A stretch of 64,000 bases of DNA, taken from a virus. The stretch lies in IMG/VR virus record IMGVR_UViG_3300035698_022389, positions 1-64,000 of that record. One strand, given 5' to 3'. A program made the translations under genes and the position numbers. Below are positions 18,024 through 27,628 of this stretch, piece after piece. The notes below the pieces were generated by a model. It had not been told where the DNA came from, searched no databases, and saw only the letters and a list, made by a program, of their open reading frames with translations. The stretch's first letter is position 1; every line of letters starts with the position of its first letter.

Positions 18024-19552
18024 TGTCAAGAAAGCAGCGTGAACGTATGACGTGGGCTGTGGGCCATCAGGCGAGTGCCCCGCCCGCAACTCCTGGTTAC
18101 AACGTGGAAGACCAAGACCATCCTGCAAAGCAGGGGCCGGACCCGGACATGCATAAGTATGAAGACGGGGACACCTCAAGCTGGGCAGAAGATGTCCGTC
18201 AACCCCCTTACCCGCAGGGCAACCCTCCTGCAATTCCTGGTTATGATGCCGAAGATCAGGATCATCCTGCACATGAATCTCCACCTCGTGTGTCTCTGAC
18301 GGCAGCTGTACGGAAACGTGCCAGTAAATGTTTGAAGCTTGCTACCATTCAGTTGGTTGGTAAGAAAATGACCAAAGCTCAAGTTGAAGACCATGCAATG
18401 GATTTGATGGAGTTAGGTGATTCTCAAATTGATAACATGTTGGAACGTTTTGGTGGTGGTTTCCTTGCCGATGAATTGGAAGTTGATGACGACCTTTTGG
18501 CAATGGATGACATGGACGACCTTTTGGCAATGGATGATATGGATGACATGGCTCTTGAAGAGCCTATCCTTGCTTCCAATGACAATATCATGGCCAAGCT
18601 TGAAGCTCTGACTGCTGAGGTTGTAGCTATGAAGAGTGGGTCAGATGACGATGAGGACGACGATGAGGACGGCGATGAGGACGGCGATGTAGAAGGTACT
18701 CAGAATGACCCTAAAGGTCCTACTCTTTGTCCAAAAGTGAAAGCATCCGACGACCCTATTGTCCAGGAATTCGATTCATATGATACGGGTAAAACTGGAT
18801 TCGTTGGCATCGATGAATGGAAGGGCAGCAAAACTGTCTTTGCAGCACTGGATACTGACAATGACCAAATTCTGGCTCGTGTTGACCTCATGACAGCATG
18901 TGGTGAGGTTCCTGCTACCATTGAAGCAGGTTTAGAACCTGAAGAAATGGCTATGTTGGCTGAGATGTCCATTGATCCAATTGATCCAATTGATGAAATC
19001 CTCGAAGATGAAGTCCTCGAAGATGAAGTCCTCGAAGATGATCCAATGGAACTGGAGCTTATGGATGAGCCTATTATCGAAGAACCTATGATTGTCGCTG
19101 AAGACGATGCTGGTATGTTTGGTATGACTCATGACCCAATGGGTTTGTCCGACAATGCTCCTGTTATGTCTTCTGAAGACGATGCTCTACTTCAAGAAAT
19201 TTTCGGTGGTAAGGTTGCCAAGAAATCTGACGATGACGAAGAAGTTATCGAAGAAGAAGTTGAAGGCAAGAAGAAAGCCAAGAAATCCGATGAGGACGAA
19301 GAAGTTATCGAAGAAGAAGAAGTTGAAGGCAAGAAGAAAGCCAAGAAATCCGATGAGGACGAAGAAGTTATCGAAGAAGAAGTTGAAGGCAAGAAGAAGA
19401 AAGCAGCAGTCCAACGACCTCAACCTCGTAAAAAGAGTGCTGGTGTTCAGCAGGTTGGTAACATGACCAAAGCTGCTGCCAACAGTGAGATGCTTGAACT
19501 TCAAAACATGTGGGCATCTTCCCCTGACGTGTCCAAAGTTTTCGGTAGCTAG
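18023..19552 (+). CDS. Acidic scaffolding-like protein with two EF-hand-like loops
   Basis: Very D/E-rich; between protease and capsid genes; internal repeats PGYxxEDQDHPA x2 and KKSDxDEEVIEEEVEGKKKA x3. Confidence 0.65.
   Translation: MSRKQRERMTWAVGHQASAPPATPGYNVEDQDHPAKQGPDPDMHKYEDGDTSSWAEDVRQPPYPQGNPPAIPGYDAEDQDHPAHESPPRVSLTAAVRKRASKCLKLATIQLVGKKMTKAQVEDHAMDLMELGDSQIDNMLERFGGGFLADELEVDDDLLAMDDMDDLLAMDDMDDMALEEPILASNDNIMAKLEALTAEVVAMKSGSDDDEDDDEDGDEDGDVEGTQNDPKGPTLCPKVKASDDPIVQEFDSYDTGKTGFVGIDEWKGSKTVFAALDTDNDQILARVDLMTACGEVPATIEAGLEPEEMAMLAEMSIDPIDPIDEILEDEVLEDEVLEDDPMELELMDEPIIEEPMIVAEDDAGMFGMTHDPMGLSDNAPVMSSEDDALLQEIFGGKVAKKSDDDEEVIEEEVEGKKKAKKSDEDEEVIEEEEVEGKKKAKKSDEDEEVIEEEVEGKKKKAAVQRPQPRKKSAGVQQVGNMTKAAANSEMLELQNMWASSPDVSKVFGS
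19217..19400 (+). repeat. Tandem repeat of about 60-63 bp x3 (AKKSDxDEEVIEEE(E)VEGKKK)
   Basis: Units start at 19217, 19277 and 19340. Confidence 0.93.
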
Positions 19553-19566
19553 AACCTGATTTTTGT

Positions 19567-19602
19567 AACCTAACCGGAGGCTTTGTACTCCGGTTAGGTT
19601 TT
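19567..19602 (+). terminator. Stem-loop, probable intrinsic terminator
   Basis: AACCTAACCGGAG / 8-nt loop / CTCCGGTTAGGTT: 13-bp perfect stem right after the scaffold stop; short U tail. Confidence 0.65.
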
Positions 19603-19696
19603 CCACAATGTTTGATTGTGGATGATTGACAATAGAAAAGTTAATTTTTTATCGGTAAAGACATTATATTTACCGACATCTTAGTAGAAGGTCCTT

Positions 19697-19768
19697 ACCG
19701 TAACATTGGGTTACGGTGGATTGAAACAGTGATGGTTAAAACCATCCCAACCAACCCTGTAAACAGGG
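19697..19768 (+). promoter_or_regulatory. Three tandem hairpins in the leader of the capsid operon
   Basis: ACCGTAAC/GTTACGGT, GATGGT-TAAA-ACCATC and CCCTG-TAAA-CAGGG, immediately 5' of the AAGGAGG RBS. Confidence 0.5.
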
Positions 19769-19787
19769 AGTCAAAAGGAGGCTCAAA

Positions 19788-20486
19788 ATGCCTATTGGAC
19801 TCGGACAGGCCAGTGGTGGGTGGACTGAATCGTCAGCAGCTCTGAGAATACTATATGCTGGTATTCGTAATACAGAGGGTTTGTTGACTGATGATGCCTA
19901 TACCCAAACTAATCCACCGGCAGTGGCAACAAATGTATCCACAAAAGTTGATACCACCATCAATGGTGTTCTCAGCGGCAGTGTAGCATTTGCTCGCCCA
20001 GATGTAGGAGCTGATTCTATCGGTGGTGCCGGCAGTGCAGCCAATCAGTTGGCCATGCAAAATGCTGTTGCCCAAGCAATCGGTTTTAAAGCTCTCGGTG
20101 TGTTCATCAACACGGCAATCGGTAATGCCTATGAGAACCAGCCTGGTGTGGCAAGTGGACGTGGACCGTATATGTCCCAAATGGGAACCTACGGTAACCA
20201 ACTGTATGAAACAGCCCTGATCGGTGATTCGGTCGGTGGTGACCCAGCAGCTGGTGCAGCCATTGTGTATTACACGGGTGTCGGCCTCATTGCATCACGA
20301 AACGGCTATCTAACCCCTGCTCAGCAGTTGAACGCAGCTGCTAATGCCATTATCTCTTGTGATGATGTCACGATAGCAGCCGAATCGTATGTATTGAACA
20401 CTGATAATTCTTCAACCCTGCTTGGTATCGTAAAGATGCCACCGGATGCGACTCAAGCCGAAGTCGTGTACGACCAGCGTATATAA
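19788..20486 (+). CDS. Probable head decoration / minor capsid protein
   Basis: G/A-rich structural composition, strong RBS, directly upstream of the MCP. Function inferred from position. Confidence 0.55.
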   Translation: MPIGLGQASGGWTESSAALRILYAGIRNTEGLLTDDAYTQTNPPAVATNVSTKVDTTINGVLSGSVAFARPDVGADSIGGAGSAANQLAMQNAVAQAIGFKALGVFINTAIGNAYENQPGVASGRGPYMSQMGTYGNQLYETALIGDSVGGDPAAGAAIVYYTGVGLIASRNGYLTPAQQLNAAANAIISCDDVTIAAESYVLNTDNSSTLLGIVKMPPDATQAEVVYDQRI

Positions 20487-20496
20487 GGAGGTACTC

Positions 20497-21369
20497 ATGT
20501 CTATTGATAATGCCGTGAAACAAAGGCTGATCGGTGAGTACATCAAGACCCCTGCAGGTCGTGCTAAACTCGCTGCTTCTATGACTCAACCCCTTCGTAC
20601 TCGTCGTGATTACGCCGCTGTGGGACGTAAGACCTTTTTGGTCGAACAACTCCCTGATGGTGCATTGCCTCTGTACGATAAAGACCCTGATGTGACAGCA
20701 TTCGTGGTTGGTGAAGAAGGTCAGAATATCCTGGCTGTTACCAAACCAAGACGAGTCATTTTCCCTCTGTTTGAAGTTGCTTCAAATCCAGAGATTCCTC
20801 TTACCCAGATTAAAGAACGTAGATTTGATCTCATTGAAAGAGCCCAAGAATTGGCCCGTGCCCAAATTCAGGCTGCTGAAGATGAGAGAGTGTTTGCAGT
20901 TCTTGACAGTATTGCCACAGCAGGTTTCGACTCTCTGCCAGCTCAGATGAACGCTGACATCCCAGTCATCGCTCCTATTACTGGTCAGATTCTTGCCGAT
21001 GCCTTTTCCCTAGTGGAACGTCATGACCTTCGTGTAGCTCGTGTGTACATGAATGCCCGTGACTATGCTGATCTCCGTAAGTTCGGTCGTGACATCCTGG
21101 ACATCGAATCACAGGCTGCTTTGCTTAAAACTGGTTTGATGGCTACCCTCTGGGGTGCCCAGATTGTCACAAGCCGGTTGGTCCCCGTTGGCACCGTGTA
21201 CATTTGTTGCGAACCGGAGCACTTTGGCAGAATTCCCGTTAGAACGGAGCTCACCGTTTTGAGTGCTGATGATCCGAAGGCTCGGACAATAGGCTTCTCC
21301 GTTTTCGAAAATTTGGGTATTGGCGCCTTCAACCCTCGGGGTCTGGCTCGACTGACCATCACCAGATAA
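20497..21369 (+). CDS. Major capsid protein (290 aa; HK97 fold expected)
   Basis: AAGGAGG RBS before ATG 20497. KLAASMTQPLRTRRDY...LPDGALPLYDKD, 'AQIQAAEDERVFAVLD' and GAQIVTSRLVPVGTVY resemble large-phage capsid proteins; followed by a strong terminator. Confidence 0.85.
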   Translation: MSIDNAVKQRLIGEYIKTPAGRAKLAASMTQPLRTRRDYAAVGRKTFLVEQLPDGALPLYDKDPDVTAFVVGEEGQNILAVTKPRRVIFPLFEVASNPEIPLTQIKERRFDLIERAQELARAQIQAAEDERVFAVLDSIATAGFDSLPAQMNADIPVIAPITGQILADAFSLVERHDLRVARVYMNARDYADLRKFGRDILDIESQAALLKTGLMATLWGAQIVTSRLVPVGTVYICCEPEHFGRIPVRTELTVLSADDPKARTIGFSVFENLGIGAFNPRGLARLTITR

Positions 21370-21403
21370 ACTTTTAATATAACTAAGGTTTTTAGGTTAA
21401 GAG

Positions 21404-21440
21404 ACATGAGCCGGATTTTCTGGCTCATGTTTTTTTTTCT
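21404..21440 (+). terminator. Rho-independent terminator after the MCP
   Basis: ACATGAGCC...GGCTCATGT stem followed by a T run. Confidence 0.85.
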
Positions 21441-21448
21441 TTTTATGC

Positions 21449-21478
21449 TTGACACCTTTGAGATTGTTCTGTTATACA
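21449..21478 (+). promoter_or_regulatory. Sigma70-like promoter
   Basis: TTGACA-N18-TATACA with an extended -10 TG, upstream of ATG 21533. Confidence 0.6.
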
Positions 21479-21532
21479 TGTGTTACGAGGTTTTGTTTTT
21501 TTGTGTTTACATGTGTTGTGAAAAGAGGGTGT

Positions 21533-24100
21533 ATGGGACAATTAACTCCTAAGTTGTTAAATATTTTGTATAGTCAAGAAGGTCGGATTGAATCTTCTAT
21601 TGCAAAAGAATTTGGTCTTAGTCAGGTACAGGTAGGTAGGTTACGTAAAAAATGGGGAATACCTACAATGACTAAAGGTGAGAGAATTTCTTTATCTCTG
21701 CCTAGTGTGACTACTCAACAATGGGAATTGTTTATAGGTTCTTTGTTGGGTGATGGTAGTATGAGTCAAACCAGTGAGCTTTCTGCTCGTTTCATGGAGG
21801 GTCACAGTTTAAAACAAGAAGAGTATTTAAACTGGAAACATCATATCTTAAAGCCCTTTTCAAAGAAGATTTTTAATATTCAGAAAAGAGAGAATGGGAA
21901 AATACATAGAGGGAAAGGTTTTGTAACCAGCTCCTGTACCAAATTACGTATTTTTTATGATATGTTTTATCCAGCACCTTTACGGAAAAAGATTTTCCCT
22001 AGGAATTTACCTGCATTGATGACTCCGTTGGTTTTAGCTATTTGGTATATGGATGATGGGAGTATTACTTCAAAGGGTAAACCTAGGATTCATTTTGGGT
22101 TGGATAAGGTGAGTGAGGACAGGGCAGTAGCTGCTCTAAAGAAGTTAGGTTTGAAGCCTTGTCTTTATGGGATAGAAGGCGGTGACAGAACTTTTCATTT
22201 TCCAGGGCAAGCTATGAAATTTAAATCCTTGGTAGAACCTTATATACAGGAAGTTGTTTGTTTACAGTATAAGATACCTACAGAAACTAAACGGCAACAA
22301 GGGGACCGGCAAGCTAAGGCATTAACCCCTGAAAGGGCTTTGGTTTTGTATGATGCTGGTATGTCTATAACTATGATTGCTAATGTGTATGGTGTTGGTA
22401 CGTCTACTGTACGTAGACGTATAGGGTCAGAGAATTTACGTTTTTCTGGCCCTGTAGTTTTGAAACATTCTTTATCTGAAGCTAATATGATATTAGAATG
22501 TTTTAGCCCCGAGGATTGGTCGACTTTTTCTGAGGTTGAACAAGATCAGTTAGTCGCAGATATTATGAAAATACTACGAAACACCCCTTTCCCAATAGAA
22601 CCTTCTAAAGAATATCCTATGACTGTTGTAAGTAAATTAAGTAACACTTTTTTTTATCTGGAAAATGGGGATGTGATAAGACCTAAGAATCATATAGGGA
22701 CCTCATTCTGTGCTTCTCTTTTCCCTAATCGGTATAGGGCTTCTTCAAAAGGTGGCCCTACTGCTTTTGAGTCGTGGTATGACGATAAACAATTAGAGTG
22801 GGCTGTTCGTTTTCAGTTGAGATCCGGTGATCCGGTATTACCTTATAGAGTGTTAAAATCAATTACTATGAGATGTCGTACACCAACCGTCTTTAGACCT
22901 TCTGTGGCTGCTTTTATGTGTAGGAGATATCTTCCTAAAGGTGGTGTGTGGTGGGACCCTTGTGCGGGGTATGGCGGGCGTTTATTAGGGGCTTCTTCAG
23001 TGCCTGGGGTCCAGTATATAGGGACGGATGTTGATCCTGAAACTGTGAAGGGTAATTTGAAATTAAAATCGGTATTAGGGTATGTTAATTCTGAGGTTAT
23101 AGAAAAACCTGCTGAGAAGTTTGACCCGCCTCCGTGTGATATGGTATTTACGTCCCCTCCTTATTTTGATAGGGAGAGGTACTCCACAGGAGAAGATCAA
23201 TCATGGGTTAAGTATAATACTTTTTCTAAGTGGTGTAGTGAGTTTTTAGTCCCTATTATGAGGACGGCTTTTGAAAAATTAAATGAGGGGGGTGTTTTTG
23301 CTTTAAATGTTGCAGATATACGTAAAAATGGAGAAGTGGTTCCGATAGAGAAGGCCGTAAAAACCTTAGCAGTGGAGGTTGGTTTTGAGTTACTTGAGAC
23401 TTTAAAAATGCCATTAGCTGCTATGAACAGAAAAAACCCTACGGAACCTATTTTTGTTTTTAAGAAGTCTTTGAATCTGGGGGGTTCTAAAGATAGTTAT
23501 TATATAGATAGAGGGTGTAAGGGATTAGAAAAACCTGAAGGGAAAGGGCTTTCGGATCTTGGGGAAAAGCCTGATGAACCTGAACAAGTGTTGGGTTTTT
23601 TGCCCAGTCTGGGTATATGTTCCGTTTGTGGGAAAACTTTCCCTACTATGGAGCTAAGGAATGGCAACTGCCCTTCTTGTCTTGTTAAGGGTGTAGAGAT
23701 TGCTGTTTGTAAGGGTTGTGGTAAAGAGTTTGTTAGGAAGAACAAGCTTCATGAGTTTCATTCTGCTAATTGCAGGGCCCGTTATGATAGGAAAGAATGG
23801 AGAAAGACACATCCTGTGAAGGAAATACGTATTTTCACTTGTAAGGTTTGCGGGGTTAGTTTTGAAACGAGTCTACTTGGAAATTTCACTATATGCAATA
23901 CATGTAAAGAAAATAAGGATATTGCAAATCGAACCAGGATATGCAAATATCGTGAATGCCAGATGTCCTTTGTTGATACTTCTTCAAAAAATGGTATGAA
24001 CTATTGTTGTGAGGAGCATCGTCGAAGGGAGAAACTGTTTAGGTCTGGGAAACTATCGTCTGTTTCTCAATTCAGAAAGCCCGATCCGATCAATCCTTAA
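21533..24100 (+). CDS. Fusion protein: HTH + LAGLIDADG endonuclease + HTH + amino-DNA methyltransferase + multi-CxxC zinc ribbon
   Basis: FIGSLLGDGS (21731) and LAIWYMDDGS (22034); SAM motif WDPCAGYGG (22949); catalytic SPPY (23153); many CxxC pairs at about 23617-24020. Confidence 0.8.
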   Translation: MGQLTPKLLNILYSQEGRIESSIAKEFGLSQVQVGRLRKKWGIPTMTKGERISLSLPSVTTQQWELFIGSLLGDGSMSQTSELSARFMEGHSLKQEEYLNWKHHILKPFSKKIFNIQKRENGKIHRGKGFVTSSCTKLRIFYDMFYPAPLRKKIFPRNLPALMTPLVLAIWYMDDGSITSKGKPRIHFGLDKVSEDRAVAALKKLGLKPCLYGIEGGDRTFHFPGQAMKFKSLVEPYIQEVVCLQYKIPTETKRQQGDRQAKALTPERALVLYDAGMSITMIANVYGVGTSTVRRRIGSENLRFSGPVVLKHSLSEANMILECFSPEDWSTFSEVEQDQLVADIMKILRNTPFPIEPSKEYPMTVVSKLSNTFFYLENGDVIRPKNHIGTSFCASLFPNRYRASSKGGPTAFESWYDDKQLEWAVRFQLRSGDPVLPYRVLKSITMRCRTPTVFRPSVAAFMCRRYLPKGGVWWDPCAGYGGRLLGASSVPGVQYIGTDVDPETVKGNLKLKSVLGYVNSEVIEKPAEKFDPPPCDMVFTSPPYFDRERYSTGEDQSWVKYNTFSKWCSEFLVPIMRTAFEKLNEGGVFALNVADIRKNGEVVPIEKAVKTLAVEVGFELLETLKMPLAAMNRKNPTEPIFVFKKSLNLGGSKDSYYIDRGCKGLEKPEGKGLSDLGEKPDEPEQVLGFLPSLGICSVCGKTFPTMELRNGNCPSCLVKGVEIAVCKGCGKEFVRKNKLHEFHSANCRARYDRKEWRKTHPVKEIRIFTCKVCGVSFETSLLGNFTICNTCKENKDIANRTRICKYRECQMSFVDTSSKNGMNYCCEEHRRREKLFRSGKLSSVSQFRKPDPINP

Positions 24101-24211
24101 TCAGCCTGGCCTCTGAAAGACAAAGAACCCGACCTCTCACAAGGGGCCGGACTTTTTTAACCTTCCTTGGGTATTGTCCATAGTGTCCAATAAACATCAG
24201 GATGCTTTCAA

Positions 24212-24436
24212 ATGGACGTAAAGAATATTGAAGATGTAGAAATATCCCCCAAAGCCAATGCTTTTCGAGTGTTGGACGATGGTAATGGGGCAAGTTGTTT
24301 TCTGGATTTTCTGGAGTATAGCCAAGAAAAAAACAAGGCTCGTGTTTTATCCCGAATCCATATAAACCGTGGATTTCTTTTAATAATTCTAGACAGGTTG
24401 AACTTATCCCTGAAAGAAATAACTGAGGACAGCTAA
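24212..24436 (+). CDS. Small protein resembling DUF3467-like proteins; paralog of 32956..33333
   Basis: ANAFRVL...CFLDFLEYSQ...ARVLSRIHI aligns with ADAFRII...CVLDFLSLSQ...ASVVARIRV. Confidence 0.55.
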   Translation: MDVKNIEDVEISPKANAFRVLDDGNGASCFLDFLEYSQEKNKARVLSRIHINRGFLLIILDRLNLSLKEITEDS

Positions 24437-24536
24437 TTTTTACAATCTGTTTTTGGTTTCATCGGTAAGGTATGAGGTGTGAAGGCTATGTCATTTTTTA
24501 AGTCCACAAGTATGTGGATTACTAACGGAGGAAAAC

Positions 24537-25523
24537 ATGACCCAGATAGTTCATAAGCGTGGTGTATTTCGTAAATTTCGATCCTTGAGTAATATTCATA
24601 TGGGAGCCTATGAAATGGATCTCCCTGCCCAGTCTGAAGTGGAGTTTGATGGGATGGTACTAAGATGGGGGGATGAGAAATATAATCTCCCATTGTTTGC
24701 TGGGGCTATCAATGCAAAATGGGCTGTTCCTATTGAGGATAATGTCAGTAGATACATTCCTCAGCCTGCTGGGATTGAAGTCCGTCCTGCCACATCGGAT
24801 GGCCCTGAACGTGGTGCCCCGATGGAGGTAGGCAAAGCTCCTGATGAGGAAGATGTTTTGGTTGGGACGGTAGAGGGTAACAATGCCCGTCGAGAAGCTG
24901 TGAACCATCCCCCGATACCTGTTGGTTCACAAGAATCAATGGACAGGGCAGCCTCTTTAGCCGAAGTTCGTCGACAACAGGCTGCAGTGGCCCAAGCAGC
25001 AGTTCTGGCAGAGGAAGCTAAAACTGCCAAAACCACTGTGGGTGAAGAACCTGTGGAGCTTCCCAGTATTCAGCATTCGGATGATGATGATCCAGCAGAA
25101 ACTGTGATTCAATCTAAGTTTTTTGATGATACACCAAAAGTTACTCATAATGGGATGGAGATTGTTTCTGAAGATCAGCAGGCTGTTCCTGTTGCTACTA
25201 TTGGTAGCAGAAGTTCAGCTACCGTCGGAACCAATGCTCTTGGTGGGGCGCGTACTGTTTTATCGAATGCTTCTCAAGCAGCAACAGCTGTGAGAATGGC
25301 TAAAGCTACCCGACCTATACGGACGGCTAAGGTTCCTGTTGTACCAGCCCCAAAACCAACCTCAAAGGTTAAATGGAAACGAACAGGGTTGAAACCGGCA
25401 GAACGTGCCGTGGTTGCTGTGGATAAGTACGGATCAAACCCAGATTCTCTGAAACAGGTTATGAAACAAGAAACGGATCAGGTACGCAGACTGATCCGTA
25501 AAAAGATTAAAGACAGGGTTTAA
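24537..25523 (+). CDS. Hypothetical protein (328 aa)
   Basis: GGAGG RBS and a long ORF; no recognised motif. Confidence 0.7.
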   Translation: MTQIVHKRGVFRKFRSLSNIHMGAYEMDLPAQSEVEFDGMVLRWGDEKYNLPLFAGAINAKWAVPIEDNVSRYIPQPAGIEVRPATSDGPERGAPMEVGKAPDEEDVLVGTVEGNNARREAVNHPPIPVGSQESMDRAASLAEVRRQQAAVAQAAVLAEEAKTAKTTVGEEPVELPSIQHSDDDDPAETVIQSKFFDDTPKVTHNGMEIVSEDQQAVPVATIGSRSSATVGTNALGGARTVLSNASQAATAVRMAKATRPIRTAKVPVVPAPKPTSKVKWKRTGLKPAERAVVAVDKYGSNPDSLKQVMKQETDQVRRLIRKKIKDRV

Positions 25524-25601
25524 ACCCCCACTTGTATCGGTTATCTTTCAATGATAAGCCTCTGTTAGGAGCATGATGTTTTCTAATGGAGGTTTTTCGT
25601 T

Positions 25602-26069
25602 GTGATACAGAATAAACAGGCCAGTAGTCAAGCGGCATGGGCACTCTTAATGGGTGGTGTTGCACACGCCCGAGTGGATGCTCATCGTTTAAAACATCTG
25701 ATAAATCGGGCAATACGTTTGGTTGATGCTTCTGAGGAAAAGGAGCATCTTTATCAGGTAGCTGGGGATATTATTGTGGGCATCCCAAAACGACTAGGCC
25801 AATTAGAAATAGACTTAGACAGGACAGGTTTGGCATTATCCAAGATGGGTGCTGAATTTCTTTCTGCTAGATTATCTTTATCAGACAAGGCAATGGTGGA
25901 TGAAGCTGTGGAACCTGCTTTTGGCAGATCCACACCAAAAGATTCTGATGTGGATAAATTGGCAAGGCGTTTTATGATGGCAGGCACTAATTCTAACTTC
26001 CCTAAAGCTCCCGAAGTTCTTCAGGGTGTCCTGACAAAACTTGATATGTCAGGGGCAAAAGTGACGTGA
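25602..26069 (+). CDS. Hypothetical helical protein
   Basis: GGAGG RBS with GTG start; carries a VDKLARRF motif. Confidence 0.65.
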   Translation: MIQNKQASSQAAWALLMGGVAHARVDAHRLKHLINRAIRLVDASEEKEHLYQVAGDIIVGIPKRLGQLEIDLDRTGLALSKMGAEFLSARLSLSDKAMVDEAVEPAFGRSTPKDSDVDKLARRFMMAGTNSNFPKAPEVLQGVLTKLDMSGAKVT

Positions 26070-27628
26070 AACTACACAGTTACAGTAGACCTACAGAGGA
26101 ATTATCCGGTTATAAGACGTTTGTACGTCCTGACACGGCTGATAACCCGAAGGACATTAAACCAATACTTCCTTCTCCTCCATGGTCTCGCAGTAAGCCC
26201 TCTCCACCTTTAGGATTTGGTAAGCCTGCTCCAGGGAATCAAAATTATAAAATCCCGAATAAACCAGGTGATGATTCTCCCGTACCGAACCCTGCTCCGA
26301 GTACAACTGTGCAACGTCGTCCCGAGGTGAATTCGGCTGTAGGTCGTCCTGGGCCACCTTCGGCAAAGAAAAGGCAGAAAGATCAACGTGGTCAAGCCAA
26401 GATGTACCACAGGAAATATTATCAAGGACACAAAAGTAAAATTAAACATCAGATGGAAGTTTGGTATACTAAGTGGAAAAACAAATTTAATTATAAGAAA
26501 GATCAACAAAAACGTCGTAAAAATCCCCAACAGTTCGAGAGAAAACCAGGTGGGGGGGTTAAGGAGAATAAGAATCGGGCTGAGCAGGATCGTAAAAAGA
26601 CTGCTGAAATGATATATCTTCCAACGGCTAGTTTGTATTCTATTAGAACTGGACAGTATGGGTTGATGTTGGGTGCCGAGCCTGATACAGGCTATATTAT
26701 GATTTATTTTGATAATCATGAAATAAGGGAAGTTCCTTTTGACATATTCCTTAATGACTATGTGATGCTTTCAGAAGAAGATATTGAAATTGCTCTTGAT
26801 AATCTGGATGCCGCTTTTGGTATTGATGAAGAAGCTGAGGCACTCGAACGTGTTGTTGCTAAATATGCTGACTTCTTATATGAGAAACGACCTCCTCAGA
26901 TGGATCCTGATACTACCTATGACCGTGGTTCCGAACGTCAAAAGAATGATGATTCACCTATACCTGGTAGGATGCCTAATTATTATATCAGGGATAATCC
27001 AGGGTCAGCTAAAGTTATCCCCGAGAATAAAGATTTTGTTAATAACAAAGCTGCTATTAAAGTAGCTTCTCGAATTTCGGATATTAGGGATGCATGTAGC
27101 TCTGAGTTACGGGCAAAAGCAGGAGGAGTAAGTATTCGTTTGGCCAAAGCAGATGCTCGAAACGCATTATGGTTGTTTGATGCTACTGGTTTTGGTGGAA
27201 AGAAATACCGAATTAGAATTAAGGCAGTACCTAAAGGAAATGTTCGAGATATGAATAAGGTTGATATTTTGGTATCGTGTACTTGTCCTTATTGGCAATG
27301 GCAGGGTCCTGAATATTATGCCCAGCAAGAAGGGTACTTGTTTGGTAAACCCCGAGGAACTGCCTCAAAGCCGGACGTTAAAGACCCAAATGGCCACCAC
27401 AAGGCATGTAAACATATTCTTGCATGCTTAGATAAGGTAGCAGGTTATAAGGTGCCTAAAAAGCCTGGGAAAATTAAGAAATTGGCTTCTGCTCTTCAGT
27501 ATTTGGCTAATCTCATTTCCCAGGGTGAAGTGGCTGTCGTTTCTAGTAATCAAATGGAGTTGGAGTTGCTTCTTCATCGGTATAGTCTAAAAAAGGCTTT
27601 TGAAGGAGAAAACCATGCCAATTTATGA
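26066..27628 (+). CDS. SWIM-type zinc finger protein with Pro-rich and basic N-terminal region
   Basis: VSCTCPYW...ACKHILACL (CxC...CxH). Confidence 0.65.
   Translation: MKLHSYSRPTEELSGYKTFVRPDTADNPKDIKPILPSPPWSRSKPSPPLGFGKPAPGNQNYKIPNKPGDDSPVPNPAPSTTVQRRPEVNSAVGRPGPPSAKKRQKDQRGQAKMYHRKYYQGHKSKIKHQMEVWYTKWKNKFNYKKDQQKRRKNPQQFERKPGGGVKENKNRAEQDRKKTAEMIYLPTASLYSIRTGQYGLMLGAEPDTGYIMIYFDNHEIREVPFDIFLNDYVMLSEEDIEIALDNLDAAFGIDEEAEALERVVAKYADFLYEKRPPQMDPDTTYDRGSERQKNDDSPIPGRMPNYYIRDNPGSAKVIPENKDFVNNKAAIKVASRISDIRDACSSELRAKAGGVSIRLAKADARNALWLFDATGFGGKKYRIRIKAVPKGNVRDMNKVDILVSCTCPYWQWQGPEYYAQQEGYLFGKPRGTASKPDVKDPNGHHKACKHILACLDKVAGYKVPKKPGKIKKLASALQYLANLISQGEVAVVSSNQMELELLLHRYSLKKAFEGENHANL

Noticed and set aside
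15390-19606. Ser/Phe-rich antisense and alternate-frame ORFs (15377, 15390, 19131, 19187, 19192)
   Set aside because: Shadows of low-complexity coding repeats on the + strand; no RBS or independent signal.
19626-19660. TTGACA upstream of the capsid operon as a sigma70 promoter
   Set aside because: No acceptable -10 hexamer at 16-18 nt spacing.
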